This document shows positions 1 through 8,417 of a stretch of 16,645 nt of DNA, piece after piece. The translations under genes and the position numbers were made by a program. Origin of the DNA: Candidatus Eiseniibacteriota bacterium (GTDB lineage Bacteria > Eisenbacteria > RBG-16-71-46 > JABDJR01 > JAWXBZ01). Where the stretch lies: contig JAWXBZ010000135.1 of the NCBI GenBank assembly GCA_034440375.1, forward strand, positions 1-16,645. The letters run 5' to 3'. Positions within the stretch are counted from its first letter, which is position 1. Every line of letters begins with the position of its first letter. The notes below the pieces were generated by a model. That model had not been told where the DNA came from. It saw only the letters and a program-made list of their open reading frames with translations, and did no database searches.

Positions 1-1
1 C

Positions 2-1183
2 GCGCGCGCGCGTGTCATCGACTGCGCCGGCAAGACCATCATGCCCGGCATGATCGACACCCATGCTCATCTCCACTACAACGCCATGGATATCATCCCT
101 CAGAACCAGTGGAGCTACTGGTGCAATCTGGCCTACGGCGTCACCACCACCCACGACCCTTCCGCATCCACCTACGCCGTCTTCACGCAGAGCGAGATGG
201 TCGAGGCGGGCGTGATGAAGGGGCCGCGCACCTTTTCCACCGGTTACATCCTGTACGGCGCCGAAAGCCCCGGGAAGGCCGTGGTCAACAGCCGTGACGA
301 CGCGAAGCACCACATCAAGCGACTGAAAGAATTGGGCGCATTCAGCGTCAAGTCTTACATGCAGCCGCGCCGTGAGCAGCGCCAGTGGATCATCGAGGCC
401 GCGCGCGCCGAGTCGGTGCTGGTGATGCCGGAGGGGGGCGGCAAGTTCGAGGAGAACCTGTCGATGGTCCTCGACGGTCACACCTCCATCGAACACAGCC
501 TGCCGGTCACGCCGCTGTACGACGATGTGGCCCAACTCTTCGGCCGAAGCGGCACGGTGCAAACACCGACACTCCTGGTGGCCTACGGCGGCCTGTCCGG
601 CGAGCACTGGTTCTACCAGCACTATCAGCCCTGGGAGGACGAGAAGCTCCTCCGCTTCACGCCGCGTGGCATCATCGACAGCCGCGCCATCCGCCGCCCG
701 GTCATGACCATGGACGGCGACTGGCACCACATCAAGGTTTCCGAAGGATGCAAGAAGCTGGTCGATGCCGGCGCCAGGGTCACCGTGGGAGGCCACGGCC
801 AGCTTCAGGGCCTCGGCCCCCACTGGGAGCTGTGGGGTCTGCGCCAGGGAGGGATGACCACCCACCAGGCCCTCCAGTGCGCCACCATCAGCGGTGCCTG
901 GGAACTGGGCCTCGACAAGTGGATCGGCAGCCTCGAACCCGGCAAACTGGCCGACCTCGTCGTCATGGACATGAACCCGCTCGACAAGATCGAAAACTCC
1001 AATACCATCCGCTACGTCGCCAAGAATGGCGAGATCTTCGACGGCACCACCATGGACCAGGTCTGGCCGGTGGTGAAGCCGCGACCGAAATTCACCTGGG
1101 AAACACTGGGCGGGACTTACGCGGCAATGCCGGGGGCGGCAGCCGGTGGAGCCGGTGGCGGGGCCAGCGACAAGCGGGAGTAG
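2..1183 (+). CDS. Amidohydrolase family protein (metal-dependent TIM barrel), 5'-truncated; probably the type with an N-terminal TolB/PD40 propeller lying outside the window
   Basis: Frame is open from base 2 (ARARVIDCAGKTIMPGMIDTHAH), so ATG 41 is internal. Motifs: PGxIDxHxH, GVTTxxD, SIEH, GGHGQLQGLGPHWE, GSLEPGKLADLVV. Stop TAG 1181-1183. Confidence 0.9.
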   Translation, partial: ARARVIDCAGKTIMPGMIDTHAHLHYNAMDIIPQNQWSYWCNLAYGVTTTHDPSASTYAVFTQSEMVEAGVMKGPRTFSTGYILYGAESPGKAVVNSRDDAKHHIKRLKELGAFSVKSYMQPRREQRQWIIEAARAESVLVMPEGGGKFEENLSMVLDGHTSIEHSLPVTPLYDDVAQLFGRSGTVQTPTLLVAYGGLSGEHWFYQHYQPWEDEKLLRFTPRGIIDSRAIRRPVMTMDGDWHHIKVSEGCKKLVDAGARVTVGGHGQLQGLGPHWELWGLRQGGMTTHQALQCATISGAWELGLDKWIGSLEPGKLADLVVMDMNPLDKIENSNTIRYVAKNGEIFDGTTMDQVWPVVKPRPKFTWETLGGTYAAMPGAAAGGAGGGASDKRE

Positions 1184-1189
1184 GTTCGG

Positions 1190-1198
1190 TGCTAAGAT
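1190..1198 (+). promoter_or_regulatory. Candidate extended -10 promoter (TG-C-TAAGAT) for a leaderless PLD transcript
   Basis: TGCTAAGAT ends 8 nt before ATG 1207; no Shine-Dalgarno in the 23-bp gap. Confidence 0.5.
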
Positions 1199-1206
1199 CG
1201 CGTTCG

Positions 1207-2472
1207 ATGAAACACAACATTGCATACCAATCTAGGTACTTCCTGCTGGCGCTGTCGATTTCGCTTGCCGCTTGTGTCCATGCAGCGGACCAGGTCCATC
1301 CGCCGGCTGTCGACAATCCCCCACTCCTGGTCGAGTCGTTCCCGATCGGAACGACCCTCGACAGTGATCTGCCCGATGCAGCCGACACCTGGCTGTCCAT
1401 GATTCGTCGGGCCGAGAGCTCCATCGATCTGGCGGAATTCTATGTTTCCGATGACCCGAATGGTGCCAGTTCCCTGACGACCATTATCGGGGCAATTCGA
1501 GAGCGGGCTTCCAAAGGGGTCAAAGTCCGGTTGCTCGTGGAGGAGAAGTTCTACAGAACCTACCCCGCTTGGGTGGACCAGCTCGATTCGCTCCAGTACG
1601 TGGAGGCGCGGCGACTCGACTATTCCGCCGTTGCCGGCGGCGTGCTCCACGCCAAGTACTTCGTCGTCGATGACCGGGCCGCCTTTGTCGGGAGTCAGAA
1701 CTTCGACTGGCGGGCACTGGAACACATCCAGGAACTTGGGCTGGTCCTCACCGACCATCACTCGGCCGTCCGACTCGCCAGGCTGTTTCAATCCGACTGG
1801 GAACGCGGTGCCCCCGTCGCTTCGGCCGGCGTCGACTCCTCGGCTTCACGAACTCCCAACATTGCCTTGACGCGGGGGCATCTCAGCCGGGCCGGAGACG
1901 ACGCCACGAACTGGCAGTTGGTCGTCAGTCCGGAAAAGGATCGTCCCGAATTCATCGATTGGGACCTTCCCCATCTCATTGAGATGATTGACTCCGCCCG
2001 CGACTCGATTGCCGTGCAGCTGTTGACTTACAAGCCGAAGAGTCGCACCGGCGAGATGTGGGACGAACTGGACGGCGCGCTCCGACGGGCCGCGAAACGC
2101 GGCGTGGCGGTGCGGCTGCTGCTGGCCAACTGGGGCAAGCGCGCCGGGACCGTCGAGTACCTGCAGGAACTCAGCCAGTTGCCGGGGTTCCAGCTCCGCT
2201 TCATGAACATCCCCGAATGGTCCGGCGGCTTCATCCCGTTCGCGCGGACGGTTCACGCCAAGTACATGGTGGTGGACGGGCGCCGATTCTGGCTCGGCAC
2301 CAGCAACTGGGAACGGGACTATTTTTACAACAGTCGCAATGTCGGAATTGTCGGCGAGGGGCAGTCGCTGGGCGCCGAACTGTCGCAATTCTTCCGAAAT
2401 GGGTGGGATTCGGAGTACGCCGAAGTCGTGCGGGCAGAGGCGATATACGAGGCGCCCCGGATAGCCGAATAG
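1207..2472 (+). CDS. Phospholipase D superfamily lipoprotein, PLD3/PLD4/poxvirus K4-like, 421 aa
   Basis: Two HKD motifs (LHAKYFVVDDRAAFVGSQNFDW; VHAKYMVVDGRRFWLGTSNW). N-terminal LVESFP block. Signal peptide with lipobox LAAC. The ORF-track extension back to 385 overlaps the amidohydrolase and is discarded. Confidence 0.9.
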   Translation: MKHNIAYQSRYFLLALSISLAACVHAADQVHPPAVDNPPLLVESFPIGTTLDSDLPDAADTWLSMIRRAESSIDLAEFYVSDDPNGASSLTTIIGAIRERASKGVKVRLLVEEKFYRTYPAWVDQLDSLQYVEARRLDYSAVAGGVLHAKYFVVDDRAAFVGSQNFDWRALEHIQELGLVLTDHHSAVRLARLFQSDWERGAPVASAGVDSSASRTPNIALTRGHLSRAGDDATNWQLVVSPEKDRPEFIDWDLPHLIEMIDSARDSIAVQLLTYKPKSRTGEMWDELDGALRRAAKRGVAVRLLLANWGKRAGTVEYLQELSQLPGFQLRFMNIPEWSGGFIPFARTVHAKYMVVDGRRFWLGTSNWERDYFYNSRNVGIVGEGQSLGAELSQFFRNGWDSEYAEVVRAEAIYEAPRIAE

Positions 2473-2490
2473 CCTCTACCGGTATCTTAC

Positions 2491-4338
2491 CTACCTGGCG
2501 ATCACCATGCGCCCGCTCACCTCATGATTTTCGGATCGGAACCGGACCAGGTAGGTCCCCGATGCCACCGGCTGACCGGCATCGTCCTGACCGTCCCAAA
2601 GGAGGCGGATGGGTCCTTCGGGTCGATCCCCCTGAAGCAGGCGGCGGACAAGCCGCCCCTGGATATCGTAAACCTCGATCGAAACGGGTCCAGACTGCTG
2701 CATGGCAAAAGTCAGGCTGGTGGGGCCACGCGACGGGTTGGGGGCGATCATCCGGATGGCAATGGGCGCCTCCGCGGGCGCCAACTCCGAGGGCACGCCC
2801 ACGAATCGGAAGCGACGGAGTTCCGGGTGCCAGGAAACGAGCCCGTCGGTGTCCCGCGCGCGGGCTTCCATGGTGTGCCAGCCGGGGCTGGTAATGGAAA
2901 CCGCCCTGGTTCGCGATGGGTCGAACGGGGTCCAGGCGCCGCCGTCCCATCGCCACGAATAGGTCAACTCCTCGTGCCCTGTGGAGTCATCGGAGCCGTG
3001 GGCGGTCCACATCGGATTGGGATCCATTGTTTCCTCGTCGAATCCTGGTCCATCGACGAGCGAGATGGAGGGTGGAGATCCCGTCGGGCCGTGAACCACG
3101 TGGAAGGTAACCGGATCGATCGGGTCCGATTCGTCCCCCTCGTCGTCGATGGCACTCAGATGAAAGCGGTAGCTGCCTTGAGGGAGTGATTCAAAGTAGA
3201 GGTTCAGGTCATCCGACCAGTTGTCCGGGCTGGCCGCGATCGTGCCGGACCAATCGCCCACGCGGTGCTCGAGAGCATATCGATATCGAATCCGATCCAC
3301 CGGCGTTCGATCATCGGCACCCACCCAGGAAAGGTCCAGACCGATCGGGCCGGGTGACTCCGGCTCGGGAATGCCAAACAGTCGAAGTGTCGGCGCGAGA
3401 TTGCGCTCGCCGGTTGTCGTGAAAAACAGTGCCCCCTCACCCACCTGACCGCTGCGATCCAGGGCACGAACCCGAAAGATGTGGGCGCCCCGTTCCAGAT
3501 TAACCGTCGTGACCGGTTGCCACGGACTTCGATCGGCGAGTGACTGCCAGGGTCCGTCATCCACTTTCCAGGTCTGGGGAATGTTGCCCTGGTGCGGCAC
3601 ATCGTCGCTGACATCCCATTGGATGAGGACGTCGTCATCCTCAACGGACGACCCCTGGCGCGGGTGGGAGAACGTGATGATTGGTTCGGTTCCGCCCGGA
3701 GGTTCAAGGCAGGGATTGAAGCCATCGATATCGCCGGGATGAGCGGCAGTCCCGAAGCTGACCCATCCGAGCCGGCGAGGGTAGACATCGGTCGCGCTGG
3801 CATTACAGTCGGCAACTGCTGCGAGACCATCCACCGGTCGTGGCACCAGCCTCATCGTCGCAGGCGAGTAGGGCGTGACATAGAAGTAACCGGCGACGGC
3901 CAGTTCAGCCGTCTGGCAGCGATTGACTGGATCCCAGGTCATGAGGTTGCCCGATCCGGAGGCCGGCCAACTGGACCCCGGAAATTCCAGGCTGCCGCAG
4001 AATCGCCAGTCATTCACCTGGATCCCGACTCCCGGGCCGCCCTCGTACTCGATCCCGAACTGCAACCCGGCCAGGGTTTGGACGCCCGTCGAATCGGCGT
4101 TCCGCACCAGCACGTAGACGAAGTACCCCGCTGCCCCCGTCGGATCGCTCGGCGCGGCGGTCACCACTTCCTGGCAACGAACCTGGCCGGCGCCACAGGC
4201 ATTCTTGCCGGTTGGCGCGCCGATGTGGAGCAGGATCATGGGGTGATCGGCGGTTGCGCCCCGGGCGCCGGGCCCGGCGAACGCGGACAGAAGTGCGACG
4301 ACCACCAGGGGGGTTAGTGCCTTCCGCACCGGAGACAT
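2491..4338 (-). CDS. Secreted protein, 615 aa: signal peptide, Cys-rich unknown domain, three Ig/FN3-like (Y_Y_Y-like) repeats, C-terminal FlgD-Ig/T9SS-CTD-like domain (paralog A)
   Basis: ATG 4338 preceded by GGAGGGAG, 2 nt after the dusB stop. MSPVRKALTPLVVVALLSAFAGPGARG signal. Repeats of W.G.DD.T...Y...DG..W...G.H.F.VRA.D..G. C-terminal PNP...VYDIQGRLVR...WDGQDDAG..VASGTYLVR. Confidence 0.85.
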   Translation of the reverse strand: MSPVRKALTPLVVVALLSAFAGPGARGATADHPMILLHIGAPTGKNACGAGQVRCQEVVTAAPSDPTGAAGYFVYVLVRNADSTGVQTLAGLQFGIEYEGGPGVGIQVNDWRFCGSLEFPGSSWPASGSGNLMTWDPVNRCQTAELAVAGYFYVTPYSPATMRLVPRPVDGLAAVADCNASATDVYPRRLGWVSFGTAAHPGDIDGFNPCLEPPGGTEPIITFSHPRQGSSVEDDDVLIQWDVSDDVPHQGNIPQTWKVDDGPWQSLADRSPWQPVTTVNLERGAHIFRVRALDRSGQVGEGALFFTTTGERNLAPTLRLFGIPEPESPGPIGLDLSWVGADDRTPVDRIRYRYALEHRVGDWSGTIAASPDNWSDDLNLYFESLPQGSYRFHLSAIDDEGDESDPIDPVTFHVVHGPTGSPPSISLVDGPGFDEETMDPNPMWTAHGSDDSTGHEELTYSWRWDGGAWTPFDPSRTRAVSITSPGWHTMEARARDTDGLVSWHPELRRFRFVGVPSELAPAEAPIAIRMIAPNPSRGPTSLTFAMQQSGPVSIEVYDIQGRLVRRLLQGDRPEGPIRLLWDGQDDAGQPVASGTYLVRFRSENHEVSGRMVIAR

Positions 4339-4340
4339 GA

Positions 4341-5342
4341 TCAGACTCCCTCCAGGATGGTGATCTCCGGCGTGTGGAGCAACTCCTCGAAAAACGCCTC
4401 CACGGCCCGCATGAACCCTTCGCTGTCCGGAATGCCGTTGATCTTCTGACGGAGGCCCCGCCCGCCCGGGAGACCGTGCGTATACCAGCCGGCGAAGGTG
4501 CGGATCTTGTGGAAGGCGGTCTTTTCGTCCTCCCCGGCCAGCAGGAGGCGGAAGTGCTCCAGGATCAGGTCGCGGCGCTGCATGGCGGTCGGCTCGGCCC
4601 AGGTTTCGCCGCGGAGCTCGCTGGCGCACTGCTGGAAGATCCAGGGGTTCTTCATCGAGGCGCGGCCGATCATGACCAGGTCGCAACCGGTCTGACGGAA
4701 CATGGCCACGGCGTCGGCGGGTGTGTTGACATCGCCGTTGCCCATGACGGGGATCGTGAGAGCGTTTTTCAATTCGCTTATCCGATCCCAATCGGCGCGG
4801 CCGCCGAACATCTGCTTCGCCGTGCGGCCATGAAGAGCCACGGCGTTGACGCCCTCCCCTTCGCAGATCTTTCCGAGCTCGAGGAAGTTCAGCGCGGTCT
4901 CGCGGAGGCCAAGACGGAACTTGACCGTCAGCGGAATCGTTACCCGGCGGCGCACCGCGCGGATGATCTCCTTTGCGTTGTCCAGATCACCCATCAGGCT
5001 ACAGCCGGCGCACCCCTTCAGGATCTTGTTGGCCGGGCAGCCCATGTTGATGTCGACGATATCGGACCCTTCGTCCTCGACAAGCTGGGCGGCATCGGCC
5101 ATCCGGTCGGCGCGGCTGCCGTAAATCTGGATGGAGATCGGCCGCTCTTCCTCGGCGAACGTCATCATCCGCCGGGTCCGATCGATGCCCCGCGTCAGCG
5201 CCTCCGACGAAATGAACTCCATCGTCACGACGCCCACCCCGCCGATCCGCTTCAGGATCAGCCGGAAGTACTTGTCCGTGATCCCGGCCATGGGAGCCAG
5301 GACGAACGGCGGGTCGACGGGCACGTGTCCGATGCGAATCAT
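4341..5342 (-). CDS. dusB: tRNA-dihydrouridine synthase DusB
   Basis: LAPMAGITD, IQIYGS, DINMGCPANK (catalytic Cys), TVKFRLG, LHGRTAKQ, GNGDV, VMIGRAS..NPWIF. Confidence 0.93.
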   Translation of the reverse strand: MIRIGHVPVDPPFVLAPMAGITDKYFRLILKRIGGVGVVTMEFISSEALTRGIDRTRRMMTFAEEERPISIQIYGSRADRMADAAQLVEDEGSDIVDINMGCPANKILKGCAGCSLMGDLDNAKEIIRAVRRRVTIPLTVKFRLGLRETALNFLELGKICEGEGVNAVALHGRTAKQMFGGRADWDRISELKNALTIPVMGNGDVNTPADAVAMFRQTGCDLVMIGRASMKNPWIFQQCASELRGETWAEPTAMQRRDLILEHFRLLLAGEDEKTAFHKIRTFAGWYTHGLPGGRGLRQKINGIPDSEGFMRAVEAFFEELLHTPEITILEGV

Positions 5343-5350
5343 GGGGGGAG

Positions 5351-5356
5351 AGTATA
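5351..5356 (-). promoter_or_regulatory. Candidate -10 box (TATACT) for a leaderless dusB transcript
   Basis: Minus strand reads TATACT-CTCCCCCC-ATG; no SD-like purine tract in the 25-bp gap. Confidence 0.5.
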
Positions 5357-5367
5357 GCGCAGGGATG

Positions 5368-7473
5368 CTAACGGACGACCATCAGGGCCCGCGTGGCCAC
5401 CAGTCCCCCGGCCTCCAGTCGGACGTAGTAGGCCCCTGCCGGAGCGGCCTCGCCGGAGTCCAGACGACCGTCCCAGGCGACCAGGTGGGCACCGGCAGCC
5501 AGAACCGAAAACGGCAGCGTCCTCACCGGCCGGCCGGCAATGTCAAAGACAAGGACCGAGACCACCGATTCACGTGACAGGGCGAAGTGGAGCGTCGCGC
5601 CGCCTGGCGTCGGGTTTGGAGCCAGCGCAAGGATCCGAAACGTCGCGACGGGTGTATCGATGCTCACGACATTGGACCACCGCTGTCCGGCCCGCTCGAC
5701 CCAGGCCAATCGATAGTGAAGAGTCGTGGCCGGCGGAGCGGTCGCATCGCGCCACCGGAACTCGCCGCTCTTCGAGGCCGGAATGCGCGGACTGATGGCG
5801 ACGAAGGGTCCTTCCGAAGCCGGGGCGCGCTCGACCTGAAAATCAATGATCTCGTCGAGATTAGCCGTCCAATTCAACTCCACCTGGTCCGCCACGATGG
5901 CCGCCGACATCGTGGCCAGGGCCACGGGATCCGGAATGTCCCCCAGCCAGATGTGCCGGAAGGCCGGAGTTGGATCGATCCGGCCGCCGCCGTCCATGGC
6001 GCGAACCTCGAAGAAATGCAGTCCCCAATTCTGCAGCACGACATCGGCAGAAGTTTCGGGTACGAACGGTGTCCACGGCGCCCCGTCGAGACGCCACGAG
6101 AACAGGAGCGCCGAAACGGCCGTCGAGTCATCGGTGCCGGTGAATCCGTAGGTGACATTCGGGTTGTACTGAGAGCCGCCATCCCGCGGGCCGGCGATGA
6201 TGAAGGTTTCGGGAGGCGCCGGAGGCGGTGGCGGCGGCGGTTCGACCACTTCGACGCGGAAGTGGCGTGACGCCGCCGTGGGGTCCTTCTCGCCGTCCAG
6301 GTCATGCGCCCGGACCTGAAACTGGTAGATGCCCGGCTGGGAAATGCTGAACGTCGCCATCGTCACGGCGGTCGGAGCGGCCTGGTCCCAGTCGTTCGTG
6401 ATGCCGAACGTGTAGCGCAGATCCCCGACCGCGGTGCGATCGTCCTCACCGCTCCAGGTGAAGGTCACCGTGGCGGGCGCCGGGCTCACCACCGGCGGTC
6501 CGGTCAGGAGGATCGTTGCCGGGGGATCATTCAACGGGCCGAGGGTTTCGAACGTCACCGACGCTGAAGCTTCCGTGCCGTCCACGGCCCGGGCGACGAC
6601 ATCAACCTGGTGGTTGCCGATCGGCAGATTGGTGAAGGTACGCTGGCTCGACACCCTGTTGGTCAACCAGGCGCCGCCATCGATTCGGCTGTCGTATCGG
6701 AGCTCGTAGGGTTGCCACTCCGGCTCGACCATGGAAGCGTTCCAGTCGACCAGCACGTCGTCGTCAGCAATGACCTCCTGGTTCAACGGCTGAGCGATCG
6801 AGAGATCGATCGTGGGGGGCGGATATGGACTGATCTCATCACAGGAGTTGAACCCGTCGGTGTCCCCGGCGTGGGATGCTCCCCCGAAGCTGACAAATCC
6901 AAGGAGCGATGGCCCCACGGGAAATTCCACCGATCCGCAGTTCGCCGTCTTGGCAATGCCGTCAACCGGCCTGGGTGTCAACCACACGTTCGACGGGCCG
7001 TATGCCGAGAGATAGAAAAATCCGGCAACCGCCGTTTCTCCGCTCTGACAACGGTTCCAGGCATCCCACGTGATCAGGTTGCCGGAGCCCGAATCAGGCC
7101 ACGCCGGAGTTAGTGAGGCAAACTGAAGCGTGGCGCAGTTAGTCCATCCCCACATCCGGATCCCGGGGGTCGCACCATGTCGATCGAAAGCAATCCCACA
7201 CTGCAGGCCCCCCAGCGTGCCCGAGGTGTCCGGCAAACCACTCTTGGCCAGTAGGTAAACGAAATACGAACTGGAGCCGTCGGGATTACTGGTGCCGGCG
7301 GTGACGATCTGGTCGCAGGAGACCTGGCCATTCTGGCAGACGTTTTTGGCAACTGGTGCAGTCACATGAAGCATGAGAGCCGGGTAATCGATCGGGGTGG
7401 CGGCGGCGAGGCTGGACGACAGGACGATCGTCAGGCTGACAAGGGCCGGGAGTGCCAGGAAGCCAGCGCGCAT
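5368..7473 (-). CDS. Secreted protein, 701 aa: signal peptide, Cys-rich unknown domain, three Ig-like repeats, poly-Pro linker, pre-CTD FN3-like domain, FlgD-Ig/T9SS-CTD-like domain (paralog B)
   Basis: ATG 7473 with GGAG upstream. MRAGFLALPALVSLTIVLSSSLAAA signal. Colinear with 2491-4338. C-terminal PNP...VFDIAGRPVR...WDGRLDSG...AGAYYVRL. Confidence 0.85.
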   Translation of the reverse strand: MRAGFLALPALVSLTIVLSSSLAAATPIDYPALMLHVTAPVAKNVCQNGQVSCDQIVTAGTSNPDGSSSYFVYLLAKSGLPDTSGTLGGLQCGIAFDRHGATPGIRMWGWTNCATLQFASLTPAWPDSGSGNLITWDAWNRCQSGETAVAGFFYLSAYGPSNVWLTPRPVDGIAKTANCGSVEFPVGPSLLGFVSFGGASHAGDTDGFNSCDEISPYPPPTIDLSIAQPLNQEVIADDDVLVDWNASMVEPEWQPYELRYDSRIDGGAWLTNRVSSQRTFTNLPIGNHQVDVVARAVDGTEASASVTFETLGPLNDPPATILLTGPPVVSPAPATVTFTWSGEDDRTAVGDLRYTFGITNDWDQAAPTAVTMATFSISQPGIYQFQVRAHDLDGEKDPTAASRHFRVEVVEPPPPPPPAPPETFIIAGPRDGGSQYNPNVTYGFTGTDDSTAVSALLFSWRLDGAPWTPFVPETSADVVLQNWGLHFFEVRAMDGGGRIDPTPAFRHIWLGDIPDPVALATMSAAIVADQVELNWTANLDEIIDFQVERAPASEGPFVAISPRIPASKSGEFRWRDATAPPATTLHYRLAWVERAGQRWSNVVSIDTPVATFRILALAPNPTPGGATLHFALSRESVVSVLVFDIAGRPVRTLPFSVLAAGAHLVAWDGRLDSGEAAPAGAYYVRLEAGGLVATRALMVVR

Positions 7474-7568
7474 GAGATGTCTCCGGGTCGATTGCGGCGG
7501 TTCTATCGGGAGCGGGTTTCGGACGGAAGCATAGCCGCTCCGTGAGTGCCGGGTCCTGAAAAACCGCC

Positions 7569-8417
7569 CTACCGCCCTGCCGGCCGCGGGCGGATCGGCC
7601 CCGATTCCAGGAGCGCGAGCCCCGGTATCCGCCGCCCGTCGGCGATTTCGGTGCAGTTGAGCAGCACATGCTCCACGTATTCCCGGGCGCGGAGGCAGGC
7701 ATCGACCAGCGGATCGCCGAAGGAGAGGCGGGCGGCGATGGCGGCGGAGAGCATGCAGCCGGTGCCGTGGGTGCCGACACCAGTCACGCGGTGGCTGGTC
7801 CAGCGGTGGATCGTTTCCTTGTCCCAGAGGACATCGACCAGCTCGCGGCCGGCCAGGTGTCCGCCCTTGAGCAGCACGGCACATCGATGCTGCTGGCCGA
7901 GCTCACGGGCGGCGTCGGGCATGTCCCCGGCGTCACGCACGGCGTGGCCGAGCAGGACGGCGGCTTCGTCGAGGTTTGGTGTCAGCACATGGGCGAACGG
8001 AAAGATTCGGTCGACATAACCTTTGATTGCATCCTCGTTCAGTAGTCGCGCGCCGCTGGTGGCCACCATGACCGGATCGACAACCAGCCGGGTAATGACG
8101 TTCTTTGCCACGGCATCGCCAACGACGTCGACGATCTCCCGCGAGTAAAGCATGCCGGTCTTGACCGCGCCGACCGGAAAGCCGAGAAAGATGGCGTCAA
8201 TCTGCTGCGCAATGACATCCACCGGCACCGGGTGAATGGCACGGACCTCATCCAGGTTTTGCGCGGTGACGCAGGTGATGACGGTGGTTCCAACCGAACC
8301 CATCCGGGCAAACGTGATCAGATCGGCCTGGATACCCGCGCCGCCGCCGGAATCGGAACCGGCAATGCTGAGCGACACCGGCCGCTTGATCGGCTTGAGT
8401 CCGAGGTGAAGCACCAT
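7569..8417 (-). CDS. thiD: Hydroxymethylpyrimidine/phosphomethylpyrimidine kinase
   Basis: SIAGSDSGGGAGIQADL, VTAQN, VKTGML, VVDPVMVATSGARL, TPNLDEA, LKGGH, THGTGCMLSAAIAA. Start overlaps the upstream stop (TGATG). Confidence 0.95.
   Translation of the reverse strand: MVLHLGLKPIKRPVSLSIAGSDSGGGAGIQADLITFARMGSVGTTVITCVTAQNLDEVRAIHPVPVDVIAQQIDAIFLGFPVGAVKTGMLYSREIVDVVGDAVAKNVITRLVVDPVMVATSGARLLNEDAIKGYVDRIFPFAHVLTPNLDEAAVLLGHAVRDAGDMPDAARELGQQHRCAVLLKGGHLAGRELVDVLWDKETIHRWTSHRVTGVGTHGTGCMLSAAIAARLSFGDPLVDACLRAREYVEHVLLNCTEIADGRRIPGLALLESGPIRPRPAGR

Noticed and set aside
1-12. (CG)6 dinucleotide run
   Set aside because: Short, in-frame Ala-Arg codons at the window edge; unremarkable at this GC content.
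385-1206. N-terminal 274-aa extension of the 695-aa PLD ORF
   Set aside because: Arg/Gly/Pro-rich off-frame read of the amidohydrolase; the signal peptide begins at ATG 1207.
1207-2472. PLD as an anti-phage defence nuclease
   Set aside because: It has a lipoprotein signal and no helicase, methylase or other defence genes nearby.
4339-4791. Upstream extension of the paralog A ORF
   Set aside because: Overlaps dusB out of frame; SD and signal peptide mark 4338.
4341-5342. dus gene as a genomic-island integration site
   Set aside because: No integrase, no duplicated dus fragment and no att-like direct repeats seen.
6213-6241. GGC/GGT-type triplet repeat
   Set aside because: Encodes the poly-proline linker of paralog B; imperfect at the DNA level.
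3709-7386. Paralog similarity as a diversity-generating retroelement TR/VR pair or recombination cassette
   Set aside because: DNA differs at all base types, there is no near-identical repeat, and no reverse transcriptase or recombinase is present.
7474-7884. Upstream extension of the paralog B ORF
   Set aside because: Overlaps thiD; SD and signal peptide mark 7473.
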